A DNA stretch of 64,000 nt, from contig CACYQD010000014.1 in assembly GCA_902776475.1 (NCBI GenBank), positions 68,146-132,145 of the forward strand, read 5' to 3'. Source of the DNA: an uncultured Prevotellaceae bacterium. GTDB lineage: Bacteria; Bacteroidota; Bacteroidia; Bacteroidales; Bacteroidaceae. Shown in pieces: positions 26,679 to 36,717 of the stretch (within the stretch, counting starts at the first letter, position 1; every line of letters starts with the position of its first letter). A program made the position numbers and the translations under genes. The notes under the pieces were generated by a model. The model saw nothing but the letters and a program-made list of their open reading frames with translations, was not told the DNA's origin and searched no databases.

Positions 26679-28796
26679 TCAAATAAAGGACCTGAAGGTT
26701 TTCAGCACGTCGCATTTCCTGACAAATGCAGGTGTGGTTTCGCTGTTCTTCTGCACATACTCGTTGAGGTTGTACAGGGCCTTGTATTGTCGCGACTGGC
26801 GGAGGGGTTTGTAAATGTATTTGTCTTTCTCCCAGTCGAATTCTGTCTCACACCATGGGTCATAGGGGATGAAAGCCAGGGCGTACAGACTGTTAAAACG
26901 CAGGTTTCCTTTATCGGAAGCGGCACTCTCGCCGAGGAACTTGATGGCGAGGCTTACGAAGTCGGGACGGTCCTCGCGGGCGGTCTCATAGACGCTGTTG
27001 CCGTAGTTGGTGAGCCACCAGCATTCACCGAGGAAGGATGCCTGATAGTAGCGTACGGCCAAATCGTAGGCGATTTCCGGACGGGTGGCTGCGTTGGCCA
27101 ATGAGTGGCGCTCCTCCAGCTGTATCATCTCACGGCAGAAGTCGGCTTTGCGGTTTGAGGTGATTTTACCCAGGTTGGGACCATCGGTGTAAGTTTCTTC
27201 CTCGTTGTCCTTCTGTCTCACAAACCAACGGGCTTTTGTGTAGTCGCGGTGTGAGGTGTAGTAGCTGATGTTTTGCGACTCGAGGAAACTGAGCGGCACT
27301 TTCTCAAAATAGGGAATGGCCTTGCCGAACTCGCGGTTGGCGAGATACTTGGTGCCGATGAGGTCGTTGAGGTAGTCTTTGGGATAGCTGACAAACCCTT
27401 TGACATATTTCTCAAACGGATCGTCTGTGCTGCTCTGCAGAAATTTCGCATGACTGATCAGCTGCTCTGGAGTCATCTTGTCGATGATGTTGAAATAGTT
27501 AGAGTAGTAACCAGGATTCTCCTGCTGTGCGCCCTCTCCTACAATCTTGTTGCTTTCCATCATCGAGATGAGGGCGGCTGCCATGTCAGAACGGCCGTTC
27601 TCCTCGTATTTCGGCACAAGGTTGCTATACACCAGACGGTCGAGCACGTCATAGTAGTGGTTGTAGTAGATGCTGTGATCCGGGTCGGGACTGGTCCTGT
27701 CCTCCTCGTGAATTTTCCCTACGAGCCACTTGATCTCGTCGGTTATCCATTGGCTGTATTCCTTGTTGAGTTTGGCGTTTTTCACCGAGGCAACCATGCG
27801 TATGGCGCGGGCATTGTCTTTCATGCGCTGGGTGCCTTTCATGTCCACGGCTTTGTTGAGGGTTTTCATGGCCTCGTCGTTTTGACCGTAGAGATATTGC
27901 AGTTCACCCACTGCGGCCATCCACAAAGCAGGCGACAGTGTCTTGCCGCTCTTCACCAGGTTGGAGGCGTAATTGATGAAGTTGTCAACCTCATGTTTCA
28001 AAATGACACGATGGTCGAACATGTCTTCCACCAATTCCTTGTCACCGTTATAGTCGATGGTTTCCTGTGCATTGTTCACGAAGTCCTGCACGAGGTAATT
28101 GATGGTGGGAGAGTTGGGCGCCTCCTGATAGATGGTGCGTATGCCACCCAGATTGCGCATTTTGCGCATCGCCCACTTGATGCTCACCATGTCGCCCTGT
28201 TCGGCATAGATGTCGCAGGCCTCGGTGCGCCGTCCCTCATGCAGAAGTGCGCCGGCATAGATGTTGCGCATCATGTCACGATAGACGCTCTGAGGCAACT
28301 TCGAGCCTTGGTTGTTCCAGAACGTGATGTTGGCGGCATGCTGGCCAAGCACCATGTTTGCCCTCATTTTGAGCAGTTGCCACTGGGCTTTCAGACGGGT
28401 TCCCTTGTAGGCTGAGGCCGCACTTAACATGATGTTGAGGTTTTGGCGGCGTTGCTGCAATTCTTCCTTGGTGGGATAGGTCCATGACTCCTGGAGCTGG
28501 TCGGATATGTCGAGATAAACATTCAATTGCTTGAGGTAGTTGATCATTTCTTGGTCGCCCTTTTTCTTGGCGGCATTCATGATCAGCTCTTTGTTCCATG
28601 AATAATTATCGCAAGCTCCGTTGGTGTAGGTTTCCCAAAACGCGTTGAGCTCTTTCTCGAACAGGAAAGAATTCATCATTTCGCGACGGAAAACGCTGAA
28701 GAGATAATGGTTGTGAGAGTAATCTTCACCACCACAGCCCCAAGACGGAACGCCCATGATGAGCGTCAGCAAACTAAGGATGATAAATCTTCTCAT
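26679..28796 (-). CDS. Secreted 705-aa helical/TPR-like hypothetical protein
   Basis: Signal peptide ending SWG-CGG; TPR-like helices (AAVGELQYLYGQNDEAMKTL, YLANREFGKAIPYF); overlaps the upstream gene by 23 nt. Confidence 0.75.
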   Translation of the reverse strand: MRRFIILSLLTLIMGVPSWGCGGEDYSHNHYLFSVFRREMMNSFLFEKELNAFWETYTNGACDNYSWNKELIMNAAKKKGDQEMINYLKQLNVYLDISDQLQESWTYPTKEELQQRRQNLNIMLSAASAYKGTRLKAQWQLLKMRANMVLGQHAANITFWNNQGSKLPQSVYRDMMRNIYAGALLHEGRRTEACDIYAEQGDMVSIKWAMRKMRNLGGIRTIYQEAPNSPTINYLVQDFVNNAQETIDYNGDKELVEDMFDHRVILKHEVDNFINYASNLVKSGKTLSPALWMAAVGELQYLYGQNDEAMKTLNKAVDMKGTQRMKDNARAIRMVASVKNAKLNKEYSQWITDEIKWLVGKIHEEDRTSPDPDHSIYYNHYYDVLDRLVYSNLVPKYEENGRSDMAAALISMMESNKIVGEGAQQENPGYYSNYFNIIDKMTPEQLISHAKFLQSSTDDPFEKYVKGFVSYPKDYLNDLIGTKYLANREFGKAIPYFEKVPLSFLESQNISYYTSHRDYTKARWFVRQKDNEEETYTDGPNLGKITSNRKADFCREMIQLEERHSLANAATRPEIAYDLAVRYYQASFLGECWWLTNYGNSVYETAREDRPDFVSLAIKFLGESAASDKGNLRFNSLYALAFIPYDPWCETEFDWEKDKYIYKPLRQSRQYKALYNLNEYVQKNSETTPAFVRKCDVLKTFRSFI

Positions 28797-29706
28797 AGTG
28801 TTTTTGTTTTATGTGTTTGATGTTGTTCTTGCTGATATCGAAGAGGATGATTTCGCGGTTGGCGTCACTGCGAAGGCGGCTGATGGCATCCCTGACGGCC
28901 TGCACGGTGTCGAGGCTCACCTCGTGGCTGATGATGGTGTCGCCGGGGAGGATCGTGAGATTGTCGTCGTTGTGGATGATGCCGATAAAATGGTCGCCAC
29001 GCACGAGCAACTGCCAAGTGAATACCGGGTAGGCGGTGCTCAGCGGCAGGTCGTAGCCCTTGATGTGCCGCATATAGGGGGCGGCATCATCCATGTCGAG
29101 GATGGGATTGCGGTCCAACCGGCGCAGGTCGCCAGTGTTGTACATCATCAGCACGCCGCAATCCACAGGGGGCACTTGCTGCGAGAGTTGATGCAGACGG
29201 ATGGTGGCTGACAGGCGCAGACCTTTGGCGTGTGCTGCTTCCCGCAATTGGCTCAGCATCTCAAAATAGGCTGCTCGGGTGCGCTGCGACCAGTCGCAGT
29301 CTATCTGTATCTCCTTCACGCCCATCACGTCGTGGGTTTCCGACATCTGAAGCACTCGGTTCAGAATCAGTTCACCGAGGTTTTCCACTCCTTTGGCCAT
29401 GCAGTCGTTGACAATAAAGACTGTGGGAATGATTTCCACGCCCTGGGGGATGGAGTCCGCGAAACGCAGGGTGGCGTTGGGCATGACTTCTCCATTTTGG
29501 TCGATGACGACATCGAAATAGCGCAGGTAGATGCGGCTCACCTGGTTTTCTGCCAGAAAAGCACGCTGGGCGGAATCCAGTTCCCATGTCGTACTCCAGT
29601 AATAGGCCGAACGGGTCTCGACGGCGGCATTCTCCTTGCCATTGCATGACAGGAGGGCGAGAACGACAGCCAACAGGCTGAGTGGATGGATGATTCTGCA
29701 GGACAT
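28774..29706 (-). CDS. Lipoprotein with GH18-like/DUF3142-like TIM-barrel motifs
   Basis: Lipobox LLSC; AYYW, IYLRYFDV, EIQIDCDW, LSATIRLHQ, GVLMMYN. Confidence 0.7.
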   Translation of the reverse strand: MSCRIIHPLSLLAVVLALLSCNGKENAAVETRSAYYWSTTWELDSAQRAFLAENQVSRIYLRYFDVVIDQNGEVMPNATLRFADSIPQGVEIIPTVFIVNDCMAKGVENLGELILNRVLQMSETHDVMGVKEIQIDCDWSQRTRAAYFEMLSQLREAAHAKGLRLSATIRLHQLSQQVPPVDCGVLMMYNTGDLRRLDRNPILDMDDAAPYMRHIKGYDLPLSTAYPVFTWQLLVRGDHFIGIIHNDDNLTILPGDTIISHEVSLDTVQAVRDAISRLRSDANREIILFDISKNNIKHIKQKHYEKIYHP

Positions 29707-29802
29707 GACAGTCTGGTTTGTTTCCTATAGGATTTCAGGAGACAAACTTACAACATTATTTTGAAATATCAGCAATAAGGAGGCGAAAAAATGCGTGTGC
29801 CG

Positions 29803-30696
29803 TCATCGAAGACCCCAACTGTTGAGGAAAACCATGCGTTCGGTACTTTCCTCGATATCATCAGGCAGGTTGCAGAAGAAGTCGATGCCCGTGAGACGCT
29901 CCAGTTCGTCGATGCTCACCACATATTGGGTCAGACTGTCGCTGCTCCGGTCCTCGTTGATGTGCTCCACCCAGAAGCCCATGGCTTTGTAGCCCTGGCT
30001 GTTCTTGGCTAAGATGGCCATAAAGAAATACTTGGGCACGATGAGTCCTTTGGTTGTCTTCAGTAGAATCTGATCTGGGTTGTCGATGGTGCCGCCCTTG
30101 CAGACGTAGAGCGTGTCGATGGTCTTACGGTTGTTCTTGAAATAGTTGGAGACGAAATTCTCCATCTGCAACCACAAACCTGCATTGAACTTGTTGCGCT
30201 GCGGCTGCATGTTTGAGAGATAGAACGTCTGGATGTTGGCTTCGCGGCTGTTGAGGCGGTCATACGACGGACAGATGTGGCCGTGGTCGTAACCGGAATT
30301 CCAGTAGGGATCGTCTTTGAAACATGCTGAGGAGGGGATGTCGGGGTCGAAGGGATATTGCGGGTCGCCATAATACCTGCTGACATTCTTGACGTAGTTG
30401 GCGCCATCGATGGTGTAGCATGTCCATCGCTGCGATTTCTTGATGCAGTCCCATTCCACGATGAAGTTCACCCCATACTCAGAAGTGGAGTGCACGAGCA
30501 CGAGATTGTCGTCGGTGCCTTTGATTCGGGGCATCTCCAACCGGGCATACTCCTTTCGGGTGGTGGGGTTGGCGTTGGCGTTCTTTGTCTTGGAAGGCTT
30601 CTCACTGCTTCCGCCGCCATTGTCGTCGCCTCCGCTGCAACTGCAGAGAGCCATGGCGCATATTACAAAACCAATCAGAATATGAACAGGTCTCAT
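29803..30696 (-). CDS. DNA/RNA non-specific endonuclease (NucA/EndA His-Me finger), lipoprotein
   Basis: Lipobox LCSC; YDHGHICPS (DRGH variant), TFYLSNMQPQ, FNAGLWLQME, IDELERLTGIDFF. Confidence 0.92.
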   Translation of the reverse strand: MRPVHILIGFVICAMALCSCSGGDDNGGGSSEKPSKTKNANANPTTRKEYARLEMPRIKGTDDNLVLVHSTSEYGVNFIVEWDCIKKSQRWTCYTIDGANYVKNVSRYYGDPQYPFDPDIPSSACFKDDPYWNSGYDHGHICPSYDRLNSREANIQTFYLSNMQPQRNKFNAGLWLQMENFVSNYFKNNRKTIDTLYVCKGGTIDNPDQILLKTTKGLIVPKYFFMAILAKNSQGYKAMGFWVEHINEDRSSDSLTQYVVSIDELERLTGIDFFCNLPDDIEESTERMVFLNSWGLR

Positions 30697-30760
30697 AGGC
30701 TAAAAAATAGATGGTTTTTCATGTTCCCTTCTCAGAGGGGTTGTGGTGGTATTAAAAAAA

Positions 30761-30807
30761 TCAGGTGCCACTGAGCGCATATGCAACTACGCTTCAGACG
30801 CACCTGA
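30761..30807 (-). terminator. Intrinsic terminator of the L31 gene
   Basis: tcaggtg...cacctga stem with an A7 tract on its left (U tract on minus). Confidence 0.65.
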
Positions 30808-30870
30808 TGTATCGTCTCACCTGCTGGGCACGGCACGTCGGGTGCCTTCGTCCGTCTTCGGTGTATGTTA

Positions 30871-31122
30871 TTACTTCTTGATCTTGCCGTAACGGCTCAT
30901 GAAGCGGTCCACGCGACCGGCTGTATCGACAAGCTTCTTCTTGCCAGTGTAGAACGGGTGCGAGGTGTTCGAGATCTCGATTTTCACCAATGGATAAGTC
31001 TCACCTTCAAATTCCACTGTCTCTGTAGTCTTGCATGTGGACTTTGTAAGGAACATATCGCCGTTGGACATATCCTTGAATACGACGGGGCGATAGTTGT
31101 CTGGATGGATACCTTTTTTCAT
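30871..31122 (-). CDS. rpmE2: 50S ribosomal protein L31 type B
   Basis: [16 protein letters not shown]...[12 protein letters not shown]...GRVDRF; no CxxC zinc motifs; TAATTTTG box at 31173-31180. Confidence 0.97.
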   Translation of the reverse strand: MKKGIHPDNYRPVVFKDMSNGDMFLTKSTCKTTETVEFEGETYPLVKIEISNTSHPFYTGKKKLVDTAGRVDRFMSRYGKIKK

Positions 31123-31240
31123 TTTAAAATGTTGTTGTACTGTTTATTGAATCTAATTTCACGTTTGGGGTGCAAAATTACACATTTTCCTCCATTCCAC
31201 AAAATTTATCCAATGTTTTTTTCGAGTTATGTTTAAAGGA

Positions 31241-31279
31241 TGGCCCTGACACTTCACTTTTCAGTGCTGCGCAGGGCCA
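31241..31279 (-). terminator. Hairpin after the OB-fold lipoprotein gene
   Basis: tggccctg...cagggcca inverted repeat 9 nt past the stop; weak U tract. Confidence 0.5.
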
Positions 31280-31288
31280 AAGGTTCTG

Positions 31289-33070
31289 TTATGGTTTCTT
31301 ACCGACGCTGTTGCCGCCGATTTCTGCATAAGTCACTGACTTCACGCCGGGAGCACCGAAATATTTCTCGATGTTGCCGTAAAGTTTCACTTCCTTGCCC
31401 AGGTAGTCCGGGTGATCCACCAGGTTCAGTCCGGTGCGCACGTCGCCGTTGGGCAACTGCACGGGCATGCACTTGGTCACGTCCGTCTCCGAGGCCGACT
31501 CAGCGATCAGGAGGTTGGTCTTCACGTCGCAGCCCTCGGCGGTGAAATGAGCACCGCTGGAGAGCACCTGACCCTCTACATAGCCCACGATGAAGGCTTT
31601 CACATAGACTCCAGTGCCTGAGCCGGCTGCTATGGCTGCGCTCACGCTGTAAGGATCGTCATAACTGCCTGCGCCGGTTTGTTCACCGCCGCCGCCACCA
31701 CCTTGGCCGTCGTCCTCGGTCTTGCCGTTGAGGGAGTAGAGATAGGCCTTGCCAGCCACTGTCTCAGGTGTGTTGCCACGATAATTCATCAACTGACCGT
31801 AGATAATGACCTCGTCGCCGACCTTGATGTCAGTATTGCCAGCCTCGAACTTCTTGTTGCCCAGATAAAGGACGCGGAAGCAGTAGAATTCGCCGCTCTG
31901 TTTTCCATCTTCAGAGATATAGAAGGATGCGTTGCCATACGTGCCGCCTTCGGTGAAGGTGCCTTTGTCAGCGATGCGGGAAATCTTGCCTTTTACATAG
32001 ACATCGCCAGTGGTATCGTAGGTGTTGTTGTCCGTCCAGGTGAGATTTTTCACCGCTGCGGCTGCACCTGCCGGGTTATACGGGTCATTGAGCGTACCGC
32101 TTCCCTTGGCTTCACCGGTGTCTCCACCGCCGCCGCCACCACCACCTTCGCTCTTACCATTGAGCGAGTAGAGGAAGGCCTTGCCAGCCACTGTCTCAGG
32201 TGTGTTGTTGCGATAATTCATCAGCTGGCCGCAAATGATGACCTCGTCGCCGACCTTGATGTCAGTATTGCCGGATGTAAACTTCTTGTTGCCCAAATAA
32301 AGGATACGGTAGCAGTAGAATTCACCACTCTCTTTTCCGTCTTCAGAGATATAGAAGGATGCATTGCCATAGGTGCCGCCTTCGGTGAAGGTGCCTTTGT
32401 CAGCGATGCGGGAGATTTTGCCTTTTACATAGACATCGCCAGTGACTTGGTAGTCGTCGTTGCTCGTCCAGCTGAGCTTGCTTGCAGCAGCATTTGCACC
32501 TGCCGGATTATACGGGTCATCGAGCGTGCCGCTACCCTTGGCTTCACCAGTGTCACCACCGCCACCGCCGCCAGCGGTCTCGCCGTTGAGGGAGTAGATA
32601 TAGGCTTTGTTCTGGTCTGTCTCAAGTGTTCCATTGTAGTTGGTCACGATACCGCAGATGATGACCTCGTCACCCACCTGAATCTGTTTGTCGCTTTCTG
32701 TCCATTTCTTGTTGCCCAGATACATGGCGCGGTAGATGAGGAATGTGTTTTTCTCATTCCCGTCATCAGAGATGCTGAAAGTACCGTTTCCAAACTGGCT
32801 GCTGAACTCTTCCCTGATAGAGGCGATTTTGCCTTTGATGTAGATGTTCGAAGGACTTTTCTCTCCGCTTTCCAACGTCTGTGCGTAGGCGATGGCTGCA
32901 GCCACGTTGTAGGGGTCAGCCACGGTGCCGCTGCCTGCCGGATCAACGACTACGGTCGGTTTGTCATTGCTCTCTGTGGGGATGTCGAATGGTGCGGGCA
33001 CATCCTCACAGCTCGTGAATGTCATGGCTGTCGTAGCCAAGATGAATAAAGAATAAATTAACTTTTTCAT
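31289..33070 (-). CDS. Lipoprotein with three tandem OB-fold-like modules and a C-terminal DUF6359-like module
   Basis: Lipobox FTSC; four GSG...DPY motifs; repeated YVKGKI(S/A)...FYIS.DG...F..YR..YLGNKK...I.VGDEVII.G; Gly-rich linkers. Confidence 0.8.
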   Translation of the reverse strand: MKKLIYSLFILATTAMTFTSCEDVPAPFDIPTESNDKPTVVVDPAGSGTVADPYNVAAAIAYAQTLESGEKSPSNIYIKGKIASIREEFSSQFGNGTFSISDDGNEKNTFLIYRAMYLGNKKWTESDKQIQVGDEVIICGIVTNYNGTLETDQNKAYIYSLNGETAGGGGGGDTGEAKGSGTLDDPYNPAGANAAASKLSWTSNDDYQVTGDVYVKGKISRIADKGTFTEGGTYGNASFYISEDGKESGEFYCYRILYLGNKKFTSGNTDIKVGDEVIICGQLMNYRNNTPETVAGKAFLYSLNGKSEGGGGGGGGDTGEAKGSGTLNDPYNPAGAAAAVKNLTWTDNNTYDTTGDVYVKGKISRIADKGTFTEGGTYGNASFYISEDGKQSGEFYCFRVLYLGNKKFEAGNTDIKVGDEVIIYGQLMNYRGNTPETVAGKAYLYSLNGKTEDDGQGGGGGGEQTGAGSYDDPYSVSAAIAAGSGTGVYVKAFIVGYVEGQVLSSGAHFTAEGCDVKTNLLIAESASETDVTKCMPVQLPNGDVRTGLNLVDHPDYLGKEVKLYGNIEKYFGAPGVKSVTYAEIGGNSVGKKP

Positions 33071-33106
33071 GTCTATTTCGTTTTTTGTTTTATACTGAAG
33101 GATGTT

Positions 33107-33961
33107 TTACTGGGCTGGCTGGATGTCTGCTGTCGTGCGCATCAGAATCTGCCAGGTGTCGCGGTAGCGGGTGAAAATGCCGGTCACATCCACCTTTCCT
33201 GTCGGCATCACATTGCCGGCGAAGTCGGCATAGCTGCTCGTGCGGAGCACCAGACGGCTGCTGCTGATTCCCTTGAAGTTGCGGTTGGCGCAGTTGGCGG
33301 TCAGGGTCACGCTGCCGTCGGAAGGGGCATACACGGCCTTGCCGTCGGCTGCTTGCAGTTCCACGCCTTTCAAGGTCATCAACCGTCCGCAGTTCTCTTC
33401 GATGTAGCTGGCGTTGGTGAGTTTGCTTTGGTCAAACACGATGGGTTTCACCGTGTTTGGATCGGCGGTGCCGAGGGTCTTGTAATGGCTGTTCCAGATA
33501 AAGCGGCTCATACGGCTCACGTAGGTCGAACCACTGGCACTGGTGTAGGGCACGCCGATCTCACCCTGTTGGCCGTAGGCTCCGATATACAGGCCTTTCA
33601 GGTCGATGAGGATCTTCTGTCCCACGGGCAGGTAACCGAACAGACCACCTTGGTTGATGCAGACGATGAAGGCACCTGTGCCGTCGTCGATGATCACTTC
33701 GTTGTAGATATTGCCTTCGATGTCGTTGCCGATCACCGTGCCTGTGATCTTGATGTCGTCGGTCACCTCTTTCATGCCGTTGTTGGCGATGGTGGATTTG
33801 AAGGCGTCCTTCAACTGGGCGATGGTGATGATGTTGGTCTCGGTGAGGCTGGTGTTGCCGTAGGGCGACTCAGACAGGTCGGGGGCGTCATAACTGTCGG
33901 CCATGCACGAGGCCAGGATGGCCACGGTCATGATCATGAATATGTTGCTGATGGTTTTCAT
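33107..33961 (-). CDS. DUF5689-type OB-fold lipoprotein
   Basis: Lipobox LASC; ITIAQLK, ITGTVIGND..GNIY, IDDGTG, VLRTSSYADFA, TGIFTRY...QIL.R. Confidence 0.8.
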   Translation of the reverse strand: MKTISNIFMIMTVAILASCMADSYDAPDLSESPYGNTSLTETNIITIAQLKDAFKSTIANNGMKEVTDDIKITGTVIGNDIEGNIYNEVIIDDGTGAFIVCINQGGLFGYLPVGQKILIDLKGLYIGAYGQQGEIGVPYTSASGSTYVSRMSRFIWNSHYKTLGTADPNTVKPIVFDQSKLTNASYIEENCGRLMTLKGVELQAADGKAVYAPSDGSVTLTANCANRNFKGISSSRLVLRTSSYADFAGNVMPTGKVDVTGIFTRYRDTWQILMRTTADIQPAQ

Positions 33962-33973
33962 GTCGATGCGGTT

Positions 33974-36523
33974 TTAGAATCTGAGTGTCAGGTTGAGCAT
34001 GCCGTTGGTGCCGAATGCGTAGTATTTCTTAGGGTTGCGTGAGAACTTATAGGCGCGCTGATTGTTCATCAGGATGTTGTCGCCGTCGGTCTTCACGGTG
34101 TAGTCGCTGCGGCTCTGCTCATAGCCACCGGTGCACAACTTGGTGTTGTTGAGGATGTTGGTCACCGACAGGTTGATGGAGAGCTGTCTGCCGTGGGGCA
34201 GGCGGAGGGTCTTGCCGATTGAACCGTCGAGCATGAAGCCTCCCTTGCCTTTGGCCTGCTCAGGCACGTCGTAGGTGCCGTCGTTGTTGACGCGGCCCAT
34301 GGTGGTCAGTGTGCCTTGGTAGCGGTAACTGGGCGAGTAGCTCAGATAGATGCGGTCGTAGTAGTTGCCGTTGAGGTCGATGAACCAGCCACCGGAGTGG
34401 TAGCTGAGGATGAGGCTGGCTGCGGTCAGCGGGGTGCTGGCCTCGCGCATGTCCTTGTTCATCACGATGTCATCATGGTAGGTGGCTTTCGTGGAGTTCA
34501 TGTAGCGCACCTTGGCGTTGTTGGCGTTCTTCGCCTCGCTAATGGTACCGAGCACCTTGATGTTGAATGCCGAAGTCAGTTTGTAGTCGATGCCGGCCTC
34601 GATGCCGTAGTAGTTCTTCTTGATGTCGGTCAGCGATACGTAAGAGAAGGAGTTGATGTCGTCGAAGTAGAAATTCTGCCACTCCGTCACCTTATTCATA
34701 TTAATGAAATATCCGCTGATGTTGATGTGCACCTTGGAGTTGAGGAACTGATAGCCGATCTCGCTGCTGAAGAGCTGCTCGTTTTTGAGGTTGCTCACGA
34801 AATCGTTGTTCATCTCAGGCGATACGAAGGCCGTCGTGATCTGCGGGGCGCGGTATTCGAATCCGGCACCGAGCAGCACGGCGTGGCCGCCGCCCAGGTT
34901 GAAGCTGGAATTGAACTTGCCGCCGCCGCTCAGGAAGTGGGCGCTTTTGCTCTTGCCGTAGGAATAATCGGCAAACATACCGTTGCGCATACGGCCATCA
35001 CGCTGCATGCCGTCGTAGTTGACCTTGCCTGACACGCTGTAGTGGAGGATGCCGTAATCCTGGGTGTAGTTGCCCCACAGCACGGCGCGGCGGGCCAACA
35101 GGTTGTAGTCGTAACCGAAGCGGTCGTCCTCGCCGACGAGGCCGTTGCGGTTGTTGAGGTCATACTGCACGACGTCGGAGGTGGCGGCGTAGTTGCCCAG
35201 AGCATAAGTGTTGATGTTGTGGAAGATGTTGGCTCCCAGGAGGTCATCCATGGTCTTGTAGTGCATGCCCTTGTTGGCTCCCATCATCACACCCAGGTTG
35301 ATGCGCGACTTGTTGGTGAGCTGTTTCTGCAACGTCGAAGCGAGGGTGAAGTGCAGGTTGTCGTTATGCTTGGCTTCCACATAGTAGAGCGCGTCGCTGC
35401 CTTGCAAGTTGGCATTGCGGTTTGACCAGTAGAGGCGGTCCCAGTTGATCTGACGGTTGGCCTTGCTCTCCTTGAGGAAATCCAGGGCGTTGTTGAAGTC
35501 GATCAGGCACTGGGTGGTGCGGTATTGGTCATCGTCCACGTCCCAGACGTCGAAGCTGCTGCTCGGCAGGTTCTTCCAGTAGTCGGGCTGGGGATTCTCG
35601 GCATTGTTGTAGTTGAGACGGGTGCTCTTATACATGCTGTACTTGCCGAAGAGTGAGGTCACCAGGCGGGTCTTGCGGTCGATGTTCCAGTCCCAGGTGA
35701 ACAAGGCGCTGGGGGCGAAATCATTGATCACGCGAGAGTTGCGCACCTTGCCGTTCTGATAACCCCAGTAGGGGTTGTACTGGTTGTTGTTGGCGATCCA
35801 GTAACTCTCGTCGGTGGCGGCGCCCTGTGAGGCGCGCTCCGTGGGATTGCCCCACGTCATCAGCGAGAAGGAGTGGTCGCCCATCAGTTTCTGCACACCG
35901 AAATAATAAGAGAGAGAGTTGTAGAACGTGCCTTCCACATAACCTCTGTGAGCCCAGCGATAGGCGATGCTCCCGGCGAAGGCCCATCCTTTCTCGCTGA
36001 TGCCCGAGCCATAGGTGTACATGGCCCGGAGGGTGTAGTTGCGGTTGGCGCCGCTCAGCGACAACTTGTTGCCTGCTGACACCTGCGAAGGACGGAAGTT
36101 GTAGTTGTTGCTTCCACCCAGGCCTGTCATGGCATAATTGTTGTCCTCAAAAGGCAACGTGGCATCGACGTTGCGCGTCAGATTGTTGATACCTCCCACG
36201 TTGGAGTACCTGAACTGTCCAGACTCCGGGTCGTTCAATGGGGCTCCGTTGACATAGATGTCGTTGTACTTCTGCCCCAAGGCGCGGTAGCGGAATCGGA
36301 CAGGCGAGAAGAGGAATCCCACTTCATTGGCGTATACGTTGGTGTTGGAACTGAGAATGGTCACATTTTGCGACATGTCATCATCTTCACCCAACTGAGC
36401 CTCAGTGAACGTGAAGGCTGCATCGTCCAACGCACCGGTCTGCTCCAATGAGTCAACCTCCTGCGCGAAGGCAAGAGGGGTGTAGCAGAGCGCAAACACT
36501 GCTATTTTGAGCATTTTTTGCAT
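33974..36523 (-). CDS. TonB-dependent receptor-like outer-membrane protein with no SusD partner
   Basis: Signal peptide; plug-like RFRYRALG..YND.YVNG; long amphipathic strand region; C-terminal YYAFGTNGMLNLTLRF. Confidence 0.85.
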   Translation of the reverse strand: MQKMLKIAVFALCYTPLAFAQEVDSLEQTGALDDAAFTFTEAQLGEDDDMSQNVTILSSNTNVYANEVGFLFSPVRFRYRALGQKYNDIYVNGAPLNDPESGQFRYSNVGGINNLTRNVDATLPFEDNNYAMTGLGGSNNYNFRPSQVSAGNKLSLSGANRNYTLRAMYTYGSGISEKGWAFAGSIAYRWAHRGYVEGTFYNSLSYYFGVQKLMGDHSFSLMTWGNPTERASQGAATDESYWIANNNQYNPYWGYQNGKVRNSRVINDFAPSALFTWDWNIDRKTRLVTSLFGKYSMYKSTRLNYNNAENPQPDYWKNLPSSSFDVWDVDDDQYRTTQCLIDFNNALDFLKESKANRQINWDRLYWSNRNANLQGSDALYYVEAKHNDNLHFTLASTLQKQLTNKSRINLGVMMGANKGMHYKTMDDLLGANIFHNINTYALGNYAATSDVVQYDLNNRNGLVGEDDRFGYDYNLLARRAVLWGNYTQDYGILHYSVSGKVNYDGMQRDGRMRNGMFADYSYGKSKSAHFLSGGGKFNSSFNLGGGHAVLLGAGFEYRAPQITTAFVSPEMNNDFVSNLKNEQLFSSEIGYQFLNSKVHINISGYFINMNKVTEWQNFYFDDINSFSYVSLTDIKKNYYGIEAGIDYKLTSAFNIKVLGTISEAKNANNAKVRYMNSTKATYHDDIVMNKDMREASTPLTAASLILSYHSGGWFIDLNGNYYDRIYLSYSPSYRYQGTLTTMGRVNNDGTYDVPEQAKGKGGFMLDGSIGKTLRLPHGRQLSINLSVTNILNNTKLCTGGYEQSRSDYTVKTDGDNILMNNQRAYKFSRNPKKYYAFGTNGMLNLTLRF

Positions 36524-36717
36524 AAGACAATTGTTGTATTAGTGTTTGGATGCAAAGTAACAAAAATATTTTGAAAAAAAAAAGACTTCATGGTTTATTT
36601 TTTTTGAAATTTTGCGTTTTTTGTCGATAAAATTTCCGATATTTGCAGTCATCTAATGACTTTGGCTTTGCGCCTTGTCGGAGGCCGGCCTTTACTGCTA
36701 ACTAAAATCATCAATAT

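Noticed and set aside
30871-31122. Zinc-starvation paralogue of L31
   Set aside because: Type B L31 is the usual form in Bacteroidales, and no Zur-like palindrome was seen upstream
33974-36523. Classical SusC/SusD polysaccharide utilisation locus
   Set aside because: No SusD and no SusC/RagA signature; neighbours are nucleases and OB-fold proteins, not CAZymes
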